From positions 1 through 49,544 of the IMG/VR virus record IMGVR_UViG_3300044878_000120: a stretch of DNA of 49,544 nt, one strand, 5' to 3'. The stretch comes from a virus (lineage: Duplodnaviria > Caudoviricetes). The first letter of the stretch is position 1; each line of letters opens with the position of its first letter. A program made the translations under genes and the position numbers. The notes under the pieces are model-generated. The model did no database searches and had not been told where the DNA came from. It was given only the letters and a program-made list of their open reading frames with translations. Positions 19,601 through 28,167 of the stretch are shown one piece after another.

Positions 19601-21093
19601 CAGGAAACTCCACCCGCGTCAATTTCGCCCAGGTACACCGGAACCGCCGCCGCCGCACGCGACGCAAACGAGGTGCCGCGCTCTACCGTGACCGTCGTGA
19701 AAAAGCCGGCAAACGGCTGGAAATCGTGATCCACCCGCGTGACGTAGAACTCGGAGACGACCTCGCCGACCCCGCGCGTTAGGCGCAGGTACATGCCCGC
19801 CTTGATCTTTTCGTTGCCGCGCAGGCGCATCGAGCCGTACTCGAAAATCACGTTGTCCTTGTTGATCTCCGCGAGCATGGTGCGCTGGCGGTGCAGCCAA
19901 TTGCCGATCTTGCCGGTCTCAATCGGTTGCTTGCTCATGCCGGCGCCGTCCGAGTTGGCATAGGCCGGATGGCCCAGCGCCACGTCGATCTCCATTTTGC
20001 GGACGCCATAAAAGGAGGCATTCGAGTTCGGGTAGTCGAACATCACATAGTCGCCGCCCGGCCCAGTCATCGCGAGGCTCTTGGCGGTCTCGTTGTGCAT
20101 CAGGGTCCAGCGCGTGTTGGAGGCCCAGTAATAGTTGGCCACCCCCGCGTCACTGCGCGACAGGTTCAGCGCGATCACGTCGGCCGAGGTGATGTCGACA
20201 AACTCAGCGGTTGCCGGCGTGCCGTCCGCCGCGGTTTGAATCCAGGCGCCGGCCGGCGTGCGCAGTGGTGCCGGCCGCGCCACCAGGGTGACGTGATCCG
20301 CGTCGTCGCGCACGAACAGCTCATTGAAGGGGCCGACATCGAGCAGGGTCGACATCATCCGGTAGAGCGAGACGTTGTTCATCGACGCCACGGTATAAGG
20401 CGAGATCGAGCCCATGATTGACGCTTGCACGCCCAGGCTGGAAATCGGTTGTGCGCCGACCTCCTCCGACTTCGAGGCCGCGAGCATTCGCGCCAGGTAC
20501 GGCCACATCACCCCTTTCACCATGTCCAGGACAAACTGCGAGGCAGGCTTGATCTTGGCCTCGTCCTTCGACGAATACTTCTGGAAGAACGCCAGCTCGC
20601 TCAGGATGTTGTCGCCGACCGCCGAGTTATTCAGATAGAAAATCTGAATAATCTCGAGGATCTTGCCGAAGTCCTGGCCGGAGATGGTCACCGAGCGCAT
20701 CGGCTTGCCGCCCTGCATCGTCTCGTTGCGCGTCACGCTGGAGACCAGACCGCGCATCACAATCGGTAGGGAGTACCCCTCGTTCGGCTTGGCGTAGTCG
20801 CTGGGGTCGTGCGCCATGCGAATCTCGATCATGTCCATAGGCTCGACCAGGGCATAAACCGATTCCATATGCTTTGCCAGCGGCTGGTCCGCCAGGGTGA
20901 TCGAGAAACCGCCGGCGGGCTCGTGCACGCTTTTGACCAGGCGCACGCCGCCCAGCTCGCCCAGGAGCTCGGTCAGCTCAAAGCCGTCGTTTTGCTGGTA
21001 GCGGCTCATTGAAGCGGCCAGGTCAGCGGTCACCCGGTCGCGCCGGATAACCTTGACCAGACGAACCTGGATTTTCGGGAGGTAGGCTTTCAT
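19600..21093 (-). CDS. Baseplate hub protein
   Basis: GQDFGK; C-terminal GS..LRG...IKAG...FYV..V.H.F....F.T.V.V.RG; follows tape measure. Confidence 0.78.
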   Translation of the reverse strand: MKAYLPKIQVRLVKVIRRDRVTADLAASMSRYQQNDGFELTELLGELGGVRLVKSVHEPAGGFSITLADQPLAKHMESVYALVEPMDMIEIRMAHDPSDYAKPNEGYSLPIVMRGLVSSVTRNETMQGGKPMRSVTISGQDFGKILEIIQIFYLNNSAVGDNILSELAFFQKYSSKDEAKIKPASQFVLDMVKGVMWPYLARMLAASKSEEVGAQPISSLGVQASIMGSISPYTVASMNNVSLYRMMSTLLDVGPFNELFVRDDADHVTLVARPAPLRTPAGAWIQTAADGTPATAEFVDITSADVIALNLSRSDAGVANYYWASNTRWTLMHNETAKSLAMTGPGGDYVMFDYPNSNASFYGVRKMEIDVALGHPAYANSDGAGMSKQPIETGKIGNWLHRQRTMLAEINKDNVIFEYGSMRLRGNEKIKAGMYLRLTRGVGEVVSEFYVTRVDHDFQPFAGFFTTVTVERGTSFASRAAAAVPVYLGEIDAGGVS

Positions 21094-24000
21094 TTAATAG
21101 GCATTCCATAGCTGCGCGGCGCCGACGTTTGGGTCAGCGGGATGTCTGCGCCGACCGGACGACCAGCGCTGTCGACCTGTTGCAATTGACCGCCGACGTT
21201 GACGTTGACGTTCATGCTTTGCGGCGCTGGGTTCATGTTCGCGTTCGTGCCCTTCGGCACGCGCCCATCCAGCTCGTCGCGATCCGCCGGCGGCGCCTTG
21301 ATGCTCGGCACCTTGGCTTCCTCCGGGATCTTGGCCTGGACCGGCGCCGGCGACGCGGCTGGCATTTCGACCGGCGCCAGCTTGGCCGGCACCTTGGCCA
21401 GCGATGGATCGACGCTCGGCATAGGCTTCGCCGGCGCCGGGTCGGCGCTCGGCACTGGCTTAGCCGCGGCCTTGCCTGGCGCTTCCACCTCGATGATGGT
21501 CGGCTTGACCGGCGCAGGCTTAGCACTGGACACCACCGCCTCGACGACCGGCTCCGACTTGCTCGGCGCCGGCTTGTACTGCGCCTTATCGGCCAGCATT
21601 TCCCGGGTTGCCTCGACCTTGCCGGCATAGGCCGCGGTCTCCGGGTTGTTCCACTTATCCCGCTTTGGCCCGTTGTTGTACGCGCGCAGGGCGTCCGGCA
21701 CGTTGCCAAAGGTCTCCATGTTCTCCTGCATTTGCAGGCGATGCGCCAGGAGCTGGTCCTGGCGGCTCTCGAGCTTGCGCCCCAGGCGTTGCTCCCAGGT
21801 CTTGAGCGTGGTCGGCATGAATTGCGCCAGGCCGCGCGCACCCGCCGGCGAAACCGCTTCGGGGTCATTGCCGCTCTCAACCTGGATCTGCGCCTGCGAC
21901 GTGCCTGGCTTGGCACCGATCAGGCGATCCGTCTCGGCCAGGAACTTCTTCTCGTCCTCGCTCAGCTCCATGCCTGGACGCGCCCGGCGCGCTTCCTGCG
22001 GCTCAGGGGCCGTCAGCGCCTGGCCAGTTTCCGGGCTATACATCGAATAGTTGCCAGGCACCGAGGCAATGCGGTTGCGCTCGGCCGCCAGCTTGTTGTG
22101 CTCCTCGATCAGGTCGCGCTTGCCCTCCGCCGACCCGGCACGGATCGACTCCTGCTGCGCCTTGATCGAGGAATCAAACCCGCTCGTGTCGGCTCCGCGC
22201 TTTTCCGCGGCAGCACGCATCACCAGGAGCGAGGACAGCGATTCGCCCTTCTCCTTGCGAACCTCCGGCGTGTCCTCCTTGAAACCCTCGATTTTGGTTC
22301 GCAGCGTGCTCAGGTCGTTGTCCATTCGCCCGGCCTTCTCGCCCTCCAGGCGCAGCTTGTCCTGCTCCTCGTCGTACTTGCGCACAAACTTGGAACTGGA
22401 GCCGGTCGGGACCAGGCGCACCAGCTCGACGATGCCCTCCTTGATGCTCATGGTCAGCGGGATCAGCTCGGTCGCCAGCTTCTGCATGGCGTTGTTCATG
22501 TCCGCCTGGAGCCTGCGCACCTGGTCGCCTTCATCCGTCGACGTGTCATGCGTCGCAGTCAGGCCCAGGACTACCTTGCGCAGCTCCTCGTCACTCCCGT
22601 TCGCCACCGCCTTGTCGAGCTTCGCGGTCTCGTTGTCGGTCAGCTTTTCGCTACCGGTCAGCTTCTTCAGCGTGTCGGCCTGGCTGGTCAGCGCGCCACG
22701 GTCGGCCCCGGACAGCGCCGACAAGGAGGCGATCTGGCGCGTGTTCATCTTGTCCGTGTCGACGCCGGCAATGCGCAGCTCCTTTTGGAGCGAGCCGAGG
22801 CCGCCGTCCGACTTATAAGCCTGGTACAAGGCCGACGCCTGGCCGGCGCCGACGCCAAAATGCGCCTGAATGGCATTGCGCAGCTCGTCCGTGTTGCTGC
22901 CATATTGCTTCTCGAGCGCGCCCATCTGGTGCTCGAGGATCGACTTGTCGCCGCCTTCAATGGTCATCCGGTCATAAGCGGCCAGCTTGCCGTAGTCCTG
23001 GCGCTGCGCTGCCATCTTGTAGGCCGGGGAATCCTTGCCGAAGGCGTTGGCGACGCTACCGAACGCGCCTTGCTCATTGACGTAATCCATGTCGAGCGCG
23101 TTGAAGCCAGGGATCGTGCGTTGCCACAGGCCCAGGCTGAAGTTGTGCGATGCCTCACCAAAGGCGCCGCCCTGGCGCATGGCGGCATCGGCTGCGCCCA
23201 TCGTGACCGCCGCCGCATTAGGGTCGCCTTTCATGCCGGACAGGTTGAGCCCGGTCATCGACGACATAAAGGAGGTGTAGGAGCCGACGTTGGGCGCGGT
23301 CAGCGACTGGCGGGCCGTCGAGGTGGCGAAGGATTGAATGGCCTCGAGGACTTCGCCCATCCGCCCCTGCGTGCCGCCGCGGTTGACCGCCTCACCAATC
23401 ATCAGGGCCAGGCGCCGGTTGTCGCGGTCGCCGCCGGATACGCCGAGGTGACGCATCGTCGCCATGAACTGGACCGACTCACCCGGCGACACGCCGAAGC
23501 CGCGGCCGAAGCCGACCGAGGTTTTCATCTCGCGGCCGACAGTGTAGCCATCCTCGCCTTTGAGCGCGGCAGTGCGCGCGAACTCGGCTGCCAGCTTGGC
23601 CGATTCGTTGTAGGCCAGGCCCAGGCCATCGGTAAAGTGCCGCACCGATCCGCGCAGCATGTCGAAGTCAACCGAGGTCGCCCCGAGCGCCTGGCGCAGG
23701 TCGGTATAGGTCGAGCCCTCCTCGCCGACCTTTTGCACGCCGCCATCCAGCACGCCGCCGGCGCCGCCCAGCGCTTGCCCAGCAAAGGCGCCCACGGCCG
23801 CGCCCATTGGCCCGCCCAGCATAAAGCCGGCCGCTGCGCCGAGACTGGTGCCGGCCGCACTGCCCACAGCGCTAAACAGGCCGCCGTCGCCACTGCCCAT
23901 CATGCCGGCCGCGATACCGCCCAGCGCACCCGCCGCCGCGCCACTCATGCGCCCAGCGCGACGACCGAGACCACCAGGCAAGCGTCGACCAGGGCCGGCA

Positions 24001-24650
24001 GGCGATCCTGGTGCTGCATCAGGCTCGGCTTCCGGCGCCCCGGCCGGCACGTCGATACCCGTGCGGCGCAACACTTCCGTGCGATGGCGGGCCGCTTCCC
24101 GGTCGTTGACCGAGTAGTTTTGCCAGCCGTCAGCCACCCAGTCGTCGAACTCCTGCGTGCGCAATACGCGCGTGCCGCGTGCGCCGGAGTCCTTCAGCTT
24201 GTCGAACGACTCCTTGGCCGCCAGCGCCTGTTGCCGGGAGAGCTTGATGCCTTCCCGGGCCAGGATCTGTTGCGTGCGAGTGGCGCGCTTGAGGTTGTCG
24301 TCGACGGCCTTGGCATTGTTCGCCATGCCGCCCAGGCCATCGCCGCCGCCGGTGTGCCTGAGCACCGCATCCATCGTCTGCGCTGCATCAGCAGCCCGTT
24401 GCAGGGCGAGCGCCACCTCATCGGCGCCCAGGTCGCCCAGGCCGCCGGCGCCGATCTGATCCAGCGACTCCTGGAGGGTCTTGGCCGTTTTCGCCAGATC
24501 CTCAAGCTCGCGCTTGGCCTCAGCCGTGTCGATGCCGACCTCGCCCGAGCCGAGACGCCCGTTGATCTTGACGACCATCTGATCCAGCGAGGCCAGCTCG
24601 CGCTTGACGCCAGATACGTCGACACTTACAGGGATCTTAGGCCCGGTCAT
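21090..24650 (-). CDS. Tape measure protein with lytic transglycosylase (SLT) domain
   Basis: 1186 aa Ala/Gly-rich; QVESG...AVSPAGARGLAQFMP...ALRAYNNG; Pro/Ala-rich tail. Confidence 0.88.
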   Translation of the reverse strand: MTGPKIPVSVDVSGVKRELASLDQMVVKINGRLGSGEVGIDTAEAKRELEDLAKTAKTLQESLDQIGAGGLGDLGADEVALALQRAADAAQTMDAVLRHTGGGDGLGGMANNAKAVDDNLKRATRTQQILAREGIKLSRQQALAAKESFDKLKDSGARGTRVLRTQEFDDWVADGWQNYSVNDREAARHRTEVLRRTGIDVPAGAPEAEPDAAPGSPAGPGRRLPGGLGRRAGRMSGAAAGALGGIAAGMMGSGDGGLFSAVGSAAGTSLGAAAGFMLGGPMGAAVGAFAGQALGGAGGVLDGGVQKVGEEGSTYTDLRQALGATSVDFDMLRGSVRHFTDGLGLAYNESAKLAAEFARTAALKGEDGYTVGREMKTSVGFGRGFGVSPGESVQFMATMRHLGVSGGDRDNRRLALMIGEAVNRGGTQGRMGEVLEAIQSFATSTARQSLTAPNVGSYTSFMSSMTGLNLSGMKGDPNAAAVTMGAADAAMRQGGAFGEASHNFSLGLWQRTIPGFNALDMDYVNEQGAFGSVANAFGKDSPAYKMAAQRQDYGKLAAYDRMTIEGGDKSILEHQMGALEKQYGSNTDELRNAIQAHFGVGAGQASALYQAYKSDGGLGSLQKELRIAGVDTDKMNTRQIASLSALSGADRGALTSQADTLKKLTGSEKLTDNETAKLDKAVANGSDEELRKVVLGLTATHDTSTDEGDQVRRLQADMNNAMQKLATELIPLTMSIKEGIVELVRLVPTGSSSKFVRKYDEEQDKLRLEGEKAGRMDNDLSTLRTKIEGFKEDTPEVRKEKGESLSSLLVMRAAAEKRGADTSGFDSSIKAQQESIRAGSAEGKRDLIEEHNKLAAERNRIASVPGNYSMYSPETGQALTAPEPQEARRARPGMELSEDEKKFLAETDRLIGAKPGTSQAQIQVESGNDPEAVSPAGARGLAQFMPTTLKTWEQRLGRKLESRQDQLLAHRLQMQENMETFGNVPDALRAYNNGPKRDKWNNPETAAYAGKVEATREMLADKAQYKPAPSKSEPVVEAVVSSAKPAPVKPTIIEVEAPGKAAAKPVPSADPAPAKPMPSVDPSLAKVPAKLAPVEMPAASPAPVQAKIPEEAKVPSIKAPPADRDELDGRVPKGTNANMNPAPQSMNVNVNVGGQLQQVDSAGRPVGADIPLTQTSAPRSYGMPIK

Positions 24651-24957
24651 TAATCACATCCTCCCACTCGTCAGCATCGTCGGCCGCGGTGTTCACGTCA
24701 TCGTCGCCAGCGTTGGCATTCACTTCATTGAGAATTTCAGCGAGGTCAAAGTCCTCATCCTCAAACTCCTCACCCTTGCCCGAGTTGTCGGCGTAGTGGT
24801 GCGCCCAAAACTCGGCTTCCACTTCCTCCGCGGTCAGCTCGAGGAATCGAGGATCACGCGGCGACAACTGATATTTCCGGCGGAACCAGAAACTGTAGGT
24901 GTCATGGAGTATCCGGCCCGACCGCCTCGCCGATTTCGATTGGCTTCGGGCGAAAAG
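24637..24957 (-). CDS. Tail assembly chaperone C-terminal extension (+1 frame)
   Basis: Frame is open from the TCT TTT CGC site: ...YSFWFRRKYQLSPRDPRFLELT...; no good independent start. Confidence 0.65.
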   Translation of the reverse strand, partial: LFARSQSKSARRSGRILHDTYSFWFRRKYQLSPRDPRFLELTAEEVEAEFWAHHYADNSGKGEEFEDEDFDLAEILNEVNANAGDDDVNTAADDADEWEDVINDRA

Positions 24958-25261
24958 AGTCCTCCTTAGCTTTCAGCGCGAAGTACAGGGCGAAAATCCC
25001 CTCCTCCGCATCTGGCCGCATAATCATGTCGATGGCTTCAAGATCCTCCCAACCTTCCGGCCCATCGACGCACAGAACCTTGTGCGCCGCGACGATGGCC
25101 GCGTGGGTCGCCAGGTCCGGGTCGATGTCGCCGTATTCGCGGGTCAGGCGCAGGTATTCGGAGCGGATTTTCAGGCGGTCGCCGTAGGTCCGGCGGCCAA
25201 AGCGAAAGGTGCCGATGTCCGGCACCTCGAGCATAAAGTCAGTATCAGCAGGCTTACGCAT
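24902..25261 (-). CDS. Tail assembly chaperone
   Basis: 119 aa from ATG 25261 (GGAG RBS); upstream of tape measure; ...EDSFRP near end. Confidence 0.75.
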   Translation of the reverse strand: MRKPADTDFMLEVPDIGTFRFGRRTYGDRLKIRSEYLRLTREYGDIDPDLATHAAIVAAHKVLCVDGPEGWEDLEAIDMIMRPDAEEGIFALYFALKAKEDSFRPKPIEIGEAVGPDTP

Positions 25262-25272
25262 TGGAGCTCCTG

Positions 25273-25497
25273 TTAGGTTTTGCGGCCGTTGCGCAGCTTG
25301 GCCGCGCGTTCGCGCTCGTGGTCGGTCGCACAATCGCCGTCGCAGAACCGGCGAACGTCATCGCCCAGCGGCGCCAGGCAGAAATGACACTTGCCATACG
25401 GCGCCAGGCCCGCCGGCACAGGCCGGCGAGCTTGGGCGATCAGATTGGTGCGCTCTTTTTCCTCGAGCTCAGAGGCTTGGTCGAAAACGTCAGACAT
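25273..25497 (-). CDS. TraR/DksA-like C4 zinc-finger protein
   Basis: MSDVFDQASELE (DxxDxA) and CHFC...C..DC. Confidence 0.6.
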   Translation of the reverse strand: MSDVFDQASELEEKERTNLIAQARRPVPAGLAPYGKCHFCLAPLGDDVRRFCDGDCATDHERERAAKLRNGRKT

Positions 25498-26053
25498 TGG
25501 TGCGATCCCCGTGCGGATGGACCGAGCCGTATGAATCAAGCAGCGAGCGCATCGCCTTCGCGTCCCCCTCGGCCAATGTCAGCTCGAGCTTTGCCAGGCG
25601 ATCCTTGAGCGAGCTGATCTCGCGGGTCAGCTCGCGGTTGTGCGAACGCTCGGCGCGCAGCTCGTCATCCTTGACCGCCAGACTGTCGTCCTTCGCGGCG
25701 AGCGCGGCCTTCAGTTCGTCGATGGTTACCTCGTATTCCTCGACCTTCGACACCCTGGCCAAGGTCCGGCCGTGCTCGAGCACCAGGGCGTTGTGCGCCT
25801 TGTAGATCTCGGCGAGCTGCGCCTTTTGTGAGGACAGTTGCTCGCTCAAATTGGCGTACAGCGCCGACTCGGCCGCGTCCCTGGAGTTGGCTGCGCCGGC
25901 AGAGCTGACCTTGCGCAGCAGCATCAGCAGCGGCGCAGAGACGGCAATAAGGCCGGCAATGGCCAGGCTCAGCCATTTGATGGTTTCAAGTACCGGGTCG
26001 CCGCCAGTGTCGAGACTGACGGCAGCAGCGGCGGCTTCAACTGGAGTTGTCAT
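25490..26053 (-). CDS. Membrane-anchored coiled-coil protein in lysis cluster
   Basis: One TM segment followed by heptad-rich region. Confidence 0.65.
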   Translation of the reverse strand: MTTPVEAAAAAVSLDTGGDPVLETIKWLSLAIAGLIAVSAPLLMLLRKVSSAGAANSRDAAESALYANLSEQLSSQKAQLAEIYKAHNALVLEHGRTLARVSKVEEYEVTIDELKAALAAKDDSLAVKDDELRAERSHNRELTREISSLKDRLAKLELTLAEGDAKAMRSLLDSYGSVHPHGDRTNV

Positions 26054-26694
26054 CAGTGCGCTCCTTGTTCAAGGTCGATCAGGGTGTTGAGCTGCGAACG
26101 GCAGGCGTTCCAGCGTCGAGCGTTTTCAGCGTGAAGGTCGGAAACGTCCCACTCGTTGAGCCCGGAGTTTTGTTGGGCGAAAGCAGGGTTAGCGGCTCCT
26201 CCGGTCGCACCAGGAGAGCCGCCGGCTTGCGCTTGGTAACGGTCACCACCTCCGGCTTGCAGAGGGGTGTTGTAGAGGCGCACCCACTCATTAGAGAGGT
26301 TGCACACAGGGCGGCCAGCAGCATCCGCGCGCGCTTTTGCATCGCGAAGTTCCTTGTTCAGTTTTCGGGTTTTTTCGTGGGCCAGTTGCAGCTCGAGCGC
26401 GAGGTCGGCCGTCGCCTGGTCACCGTCCGCCAGGGCTTTGTCGACCGCCGCTTGCATGGCGATCTTCAGGTCACGCAGGGCGTCGTTGGCGGCTTTCAGC
26501 TTGTCGTCCGCGGCAGTTTTGAGTTCGTTGATTCGATTGCCTTGGTCGACGGTCATTTGCGCCTGGTCGCGCGTGGCTTCCAGGTTGCGCAGCTCCCACC
26601 CGGCACCGAGACCGATCAGGAGCATGAGCAGGTACGCCAGCGCCGGCAGGAAGGCCCGGCAAATAGCTTTAAAAGCAGCGATGAGAGCGGTCAC
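26053..26694 (-). CDS. Rz-like i-spanin
   Basis: N-terminal TM, coiled coil, downstream of endolysin, embedded lipoprotein ORF. Confidence 0.72.
   Translation of the reverse strand: MTALIAAFKAICRAFLPALAYLLMLLIGLGAGWELRNLEATRDQAQMTVDQGNRINELKTAADDKLKAANDALRDLKIAMQAAVDKALADGDQATADLALELQLAHEKTRKLNKELRDAKARADAAGRPVCNLSNEWVRLYNTPLQAGGGDRYQAQAGGSPGATGGAANPAFAQQNSGLNEWDVSDLHAENARRWNACRSQLNTLIDLEQGAH
26079..26342 (-). CDS. Rz1-like o-spanin (embedded)
   Basis: Basic N-terminus, lipobox LMSG-C, Pro-rich; nested in another frame of Rz. Confidence 0.7.
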   Translation of the reverse strand: MQKRARMLLAALCATSLMSGCASTTPLCKPEVVTVTKRKPAALLVRPEEPLTLLSPNKTPGSTSGTFPTFTLKTLDAGTPAVRSSTP

Positions 26695-27299
26695 AGTGCC
26701 TCCCGGTATTTAGGCGAGCGCACGACCATGATGTTGTGGACATACTCTCGGTTAATGGCAAAAAACGACTTGCCGTAACCCTTGACGGATGTCTTGGCGC
26801 GGAACGAGGTGTGCTCGACGTTGCCCAGCCACTTCGCCGGATCACAGCCTGCGGTCTTGCCGCACAGCACGCGATCCTTCAGGACGCCACCCATTCCGCC
26901 GTTGTAGGCGGAAAAGGTGAACGCCATCCGGTCGTCCGCGGTTGCCGCGGCCTTTACCTGGCGATGCAAGTTGCGGTCATAGGCCACCAGGGCGCGCAGT
27001 TGCATCTCCGGGTCGTAGCGGTTTTCCCAGGTCCAGCCCGCCAGCGTTTTGTCCCAACCCTTCGACTCCTTGAAGTTGTCGAAGCGCGGGGTCACTGTCA
27101 GTTGGCCCAAACCAAAGCCGTATTCGCGCGAAGTCTTGAGCTCGGCGCGGGGATTCCAGCATTTGGAGTGCTTCAGGGAAATGCACGTCTCTTGCTCGAC
27201 TTGAGCAGCGAGCAGTGCGGGGTCAGGCATGGTCGGCCACAGCGCGGTCGTCACAGCCATAAGCATCGGCAGGTAGACCTGCGCCAGGGCCGGGATCAT
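26691..27299 (-). CDS. Endolysin, SLT/lytic transglycosylase family
   Basis: AQVEQE, WNPRAELKTSREYGFGLGQ, AYNGG.G; ATG 27299 overlaps holin stop. Confidence 0.85.
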   Translation of the reverse strand: MIPALAQVYLPMLMAVTTALWPTMPDPALLAAQVEQETCISLKHSKCWNPRAELKTSREYGFGLGQLTVTPRFDNFKESKGWDKTLAGWTWENRYDPEMQLRALVAYDRNLHRQVKAAATADDRMAFTFSAYNGGMGGVLKDRVLCGKTAGCDPAKWLGNVEHTSFRAKTSVKGYGKSFFAINREYVHNIMVVRSPKYREAL

Positions 27300-27610
27300 C
27301 GCGAGATCCAGAGCGCAGTCGACAGCACGATGAAGGCGATCAGGATGCAAACCCCCAGGAAAATCAGGGCCGCACCCCCAGGCGTTTCAGACGCTTTGCG
27401 CGCCAGCTCGCCCAGGTCGATGTAGTGGAACAGCACGCGGCGAATGCTGTGCGCCATCGCGACCACGACCAGGATGGCCGACATCGAGTACAGCAAGGTC
27501 AGCAGTACCGGGATGTCGGTCGACAGGATCACCATTGCGGGGATCAGCAGCGCCCAAAGGCGCAGGTCGAACACGAAGCCGCGTCGAAAGTCAGGTTTGA
27601 GGATTTGCAT
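27296..27610 (-). CDS. Holin
   Basis: 104 aa with about three hydrophobic segments directly upstream of endolysin. Confidence 0.75.
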   Translation of the reverse strand: MQILKPDFRRGFVFDLRLWALLIPAMVILSTDIPVLLTLLYSMSAILVVVAMAHSIRRVLFHYIDLGELARKASETPGGAALIFLGVCILIAFIVLSTALWISR

Positions 27611-27619
27611 GACCGCTCC

Positions 27620-28045
27620 TTACATCGACGAACCGGTCACGTTCAGGGCGTTGAACTGAGCGTTGGATACGATGATCGCGTGCTTTTGCACCTCGACATC
27701 GCCAGAGGCGTAGGAGCAGCCCATGTATTTCCGCATCTCAGTGCCGTCATCCTTGGACAGGGTAACGATGTCGAAGATCTTGCCCTCGAGCATGTCGTCG
27801 CCGTCGATGGCGGTAATGCCTGCGTCGCGCATGTTGCCGCGGAACAGCACCATCGAGGACACGGAGATCGTGTGACGGGCCTGAGTTGGCACGTATTCGA
27901 CCACATGGATGTCGCCGATACCGCTGGCCGGCTCAGGGCCGTAGTCGTCGCTCATGCGAACGCTTTGCACCAGACCGATTTGCTTGCCGTCGAACATCAC
28001 GACGACCCGGTTGCCGGAGCGGGTTTTGATGTTGGTAGTGGACAT
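27620..28045 (-). CDS. Tail tube protein
   Basis: 141 aa after sheath; SGN...IG..QS....YG.....GIG.I...E.V. Confidence 0.85.
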   Translation of the reverse strand: MSTTNIKTRSGNRVVVMFDGKQIGLVQSVRMSDDYGPEPASGIGDIHVVEYVPTQARHTISVSSMVLFRGNMRDAGITAIDGDDMLEGKIFDIVTLSKDDGTEMRKYMGCSYASGDVEVQKHAIIVSNAQFNALNVTGSSM

Positions 28046-28089
28046 TGATGTCCCTCCTGTCGTTTCAAAGGTGAAGCCGTAGAGCCTTC

Positions 28090-28105
28090 ACTGTGCTGTC
28101 ACGAC
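28090..28105 (-). promoter_or_regulatory. Putative late promoter GTCGTGAC-AG-CACAGT
   Basis: Motif copy just downstream of sheath terminator, upstream of tube gene. Confidence 0.7.
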
Positions 28106-28121
28106 CGAATGGCGAATGAAT

Positions 28122-28153
28122 AAAAAAACCCCAGCGCAGGCCGGGGCTTTTTT
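28122..28153 (-). terminator. Intrinsic (bidirectional-type) terminator after sheath
   Basis: A7-CCCCAG-loop-CCGGGG-C-T6. Confidence 0.8.
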
Positions 28154-28167
28154 CACATCGTTGTCGC

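Noticed and set aside
21129-24653. Long antisense ORFs (also 1356-3236, 12209-14338, 15268-17205, 28201-29901, 33968-35461)
   Set aside because: Shadow frames of GC-rich genes with no recognisable motifs
27996-28003. GTCGTGAT inside the tail tube gene as a seventh late promoter
   Set aside because: Within coding sequence and not followed by an NANNNT hexamer at the 2-nt spacing
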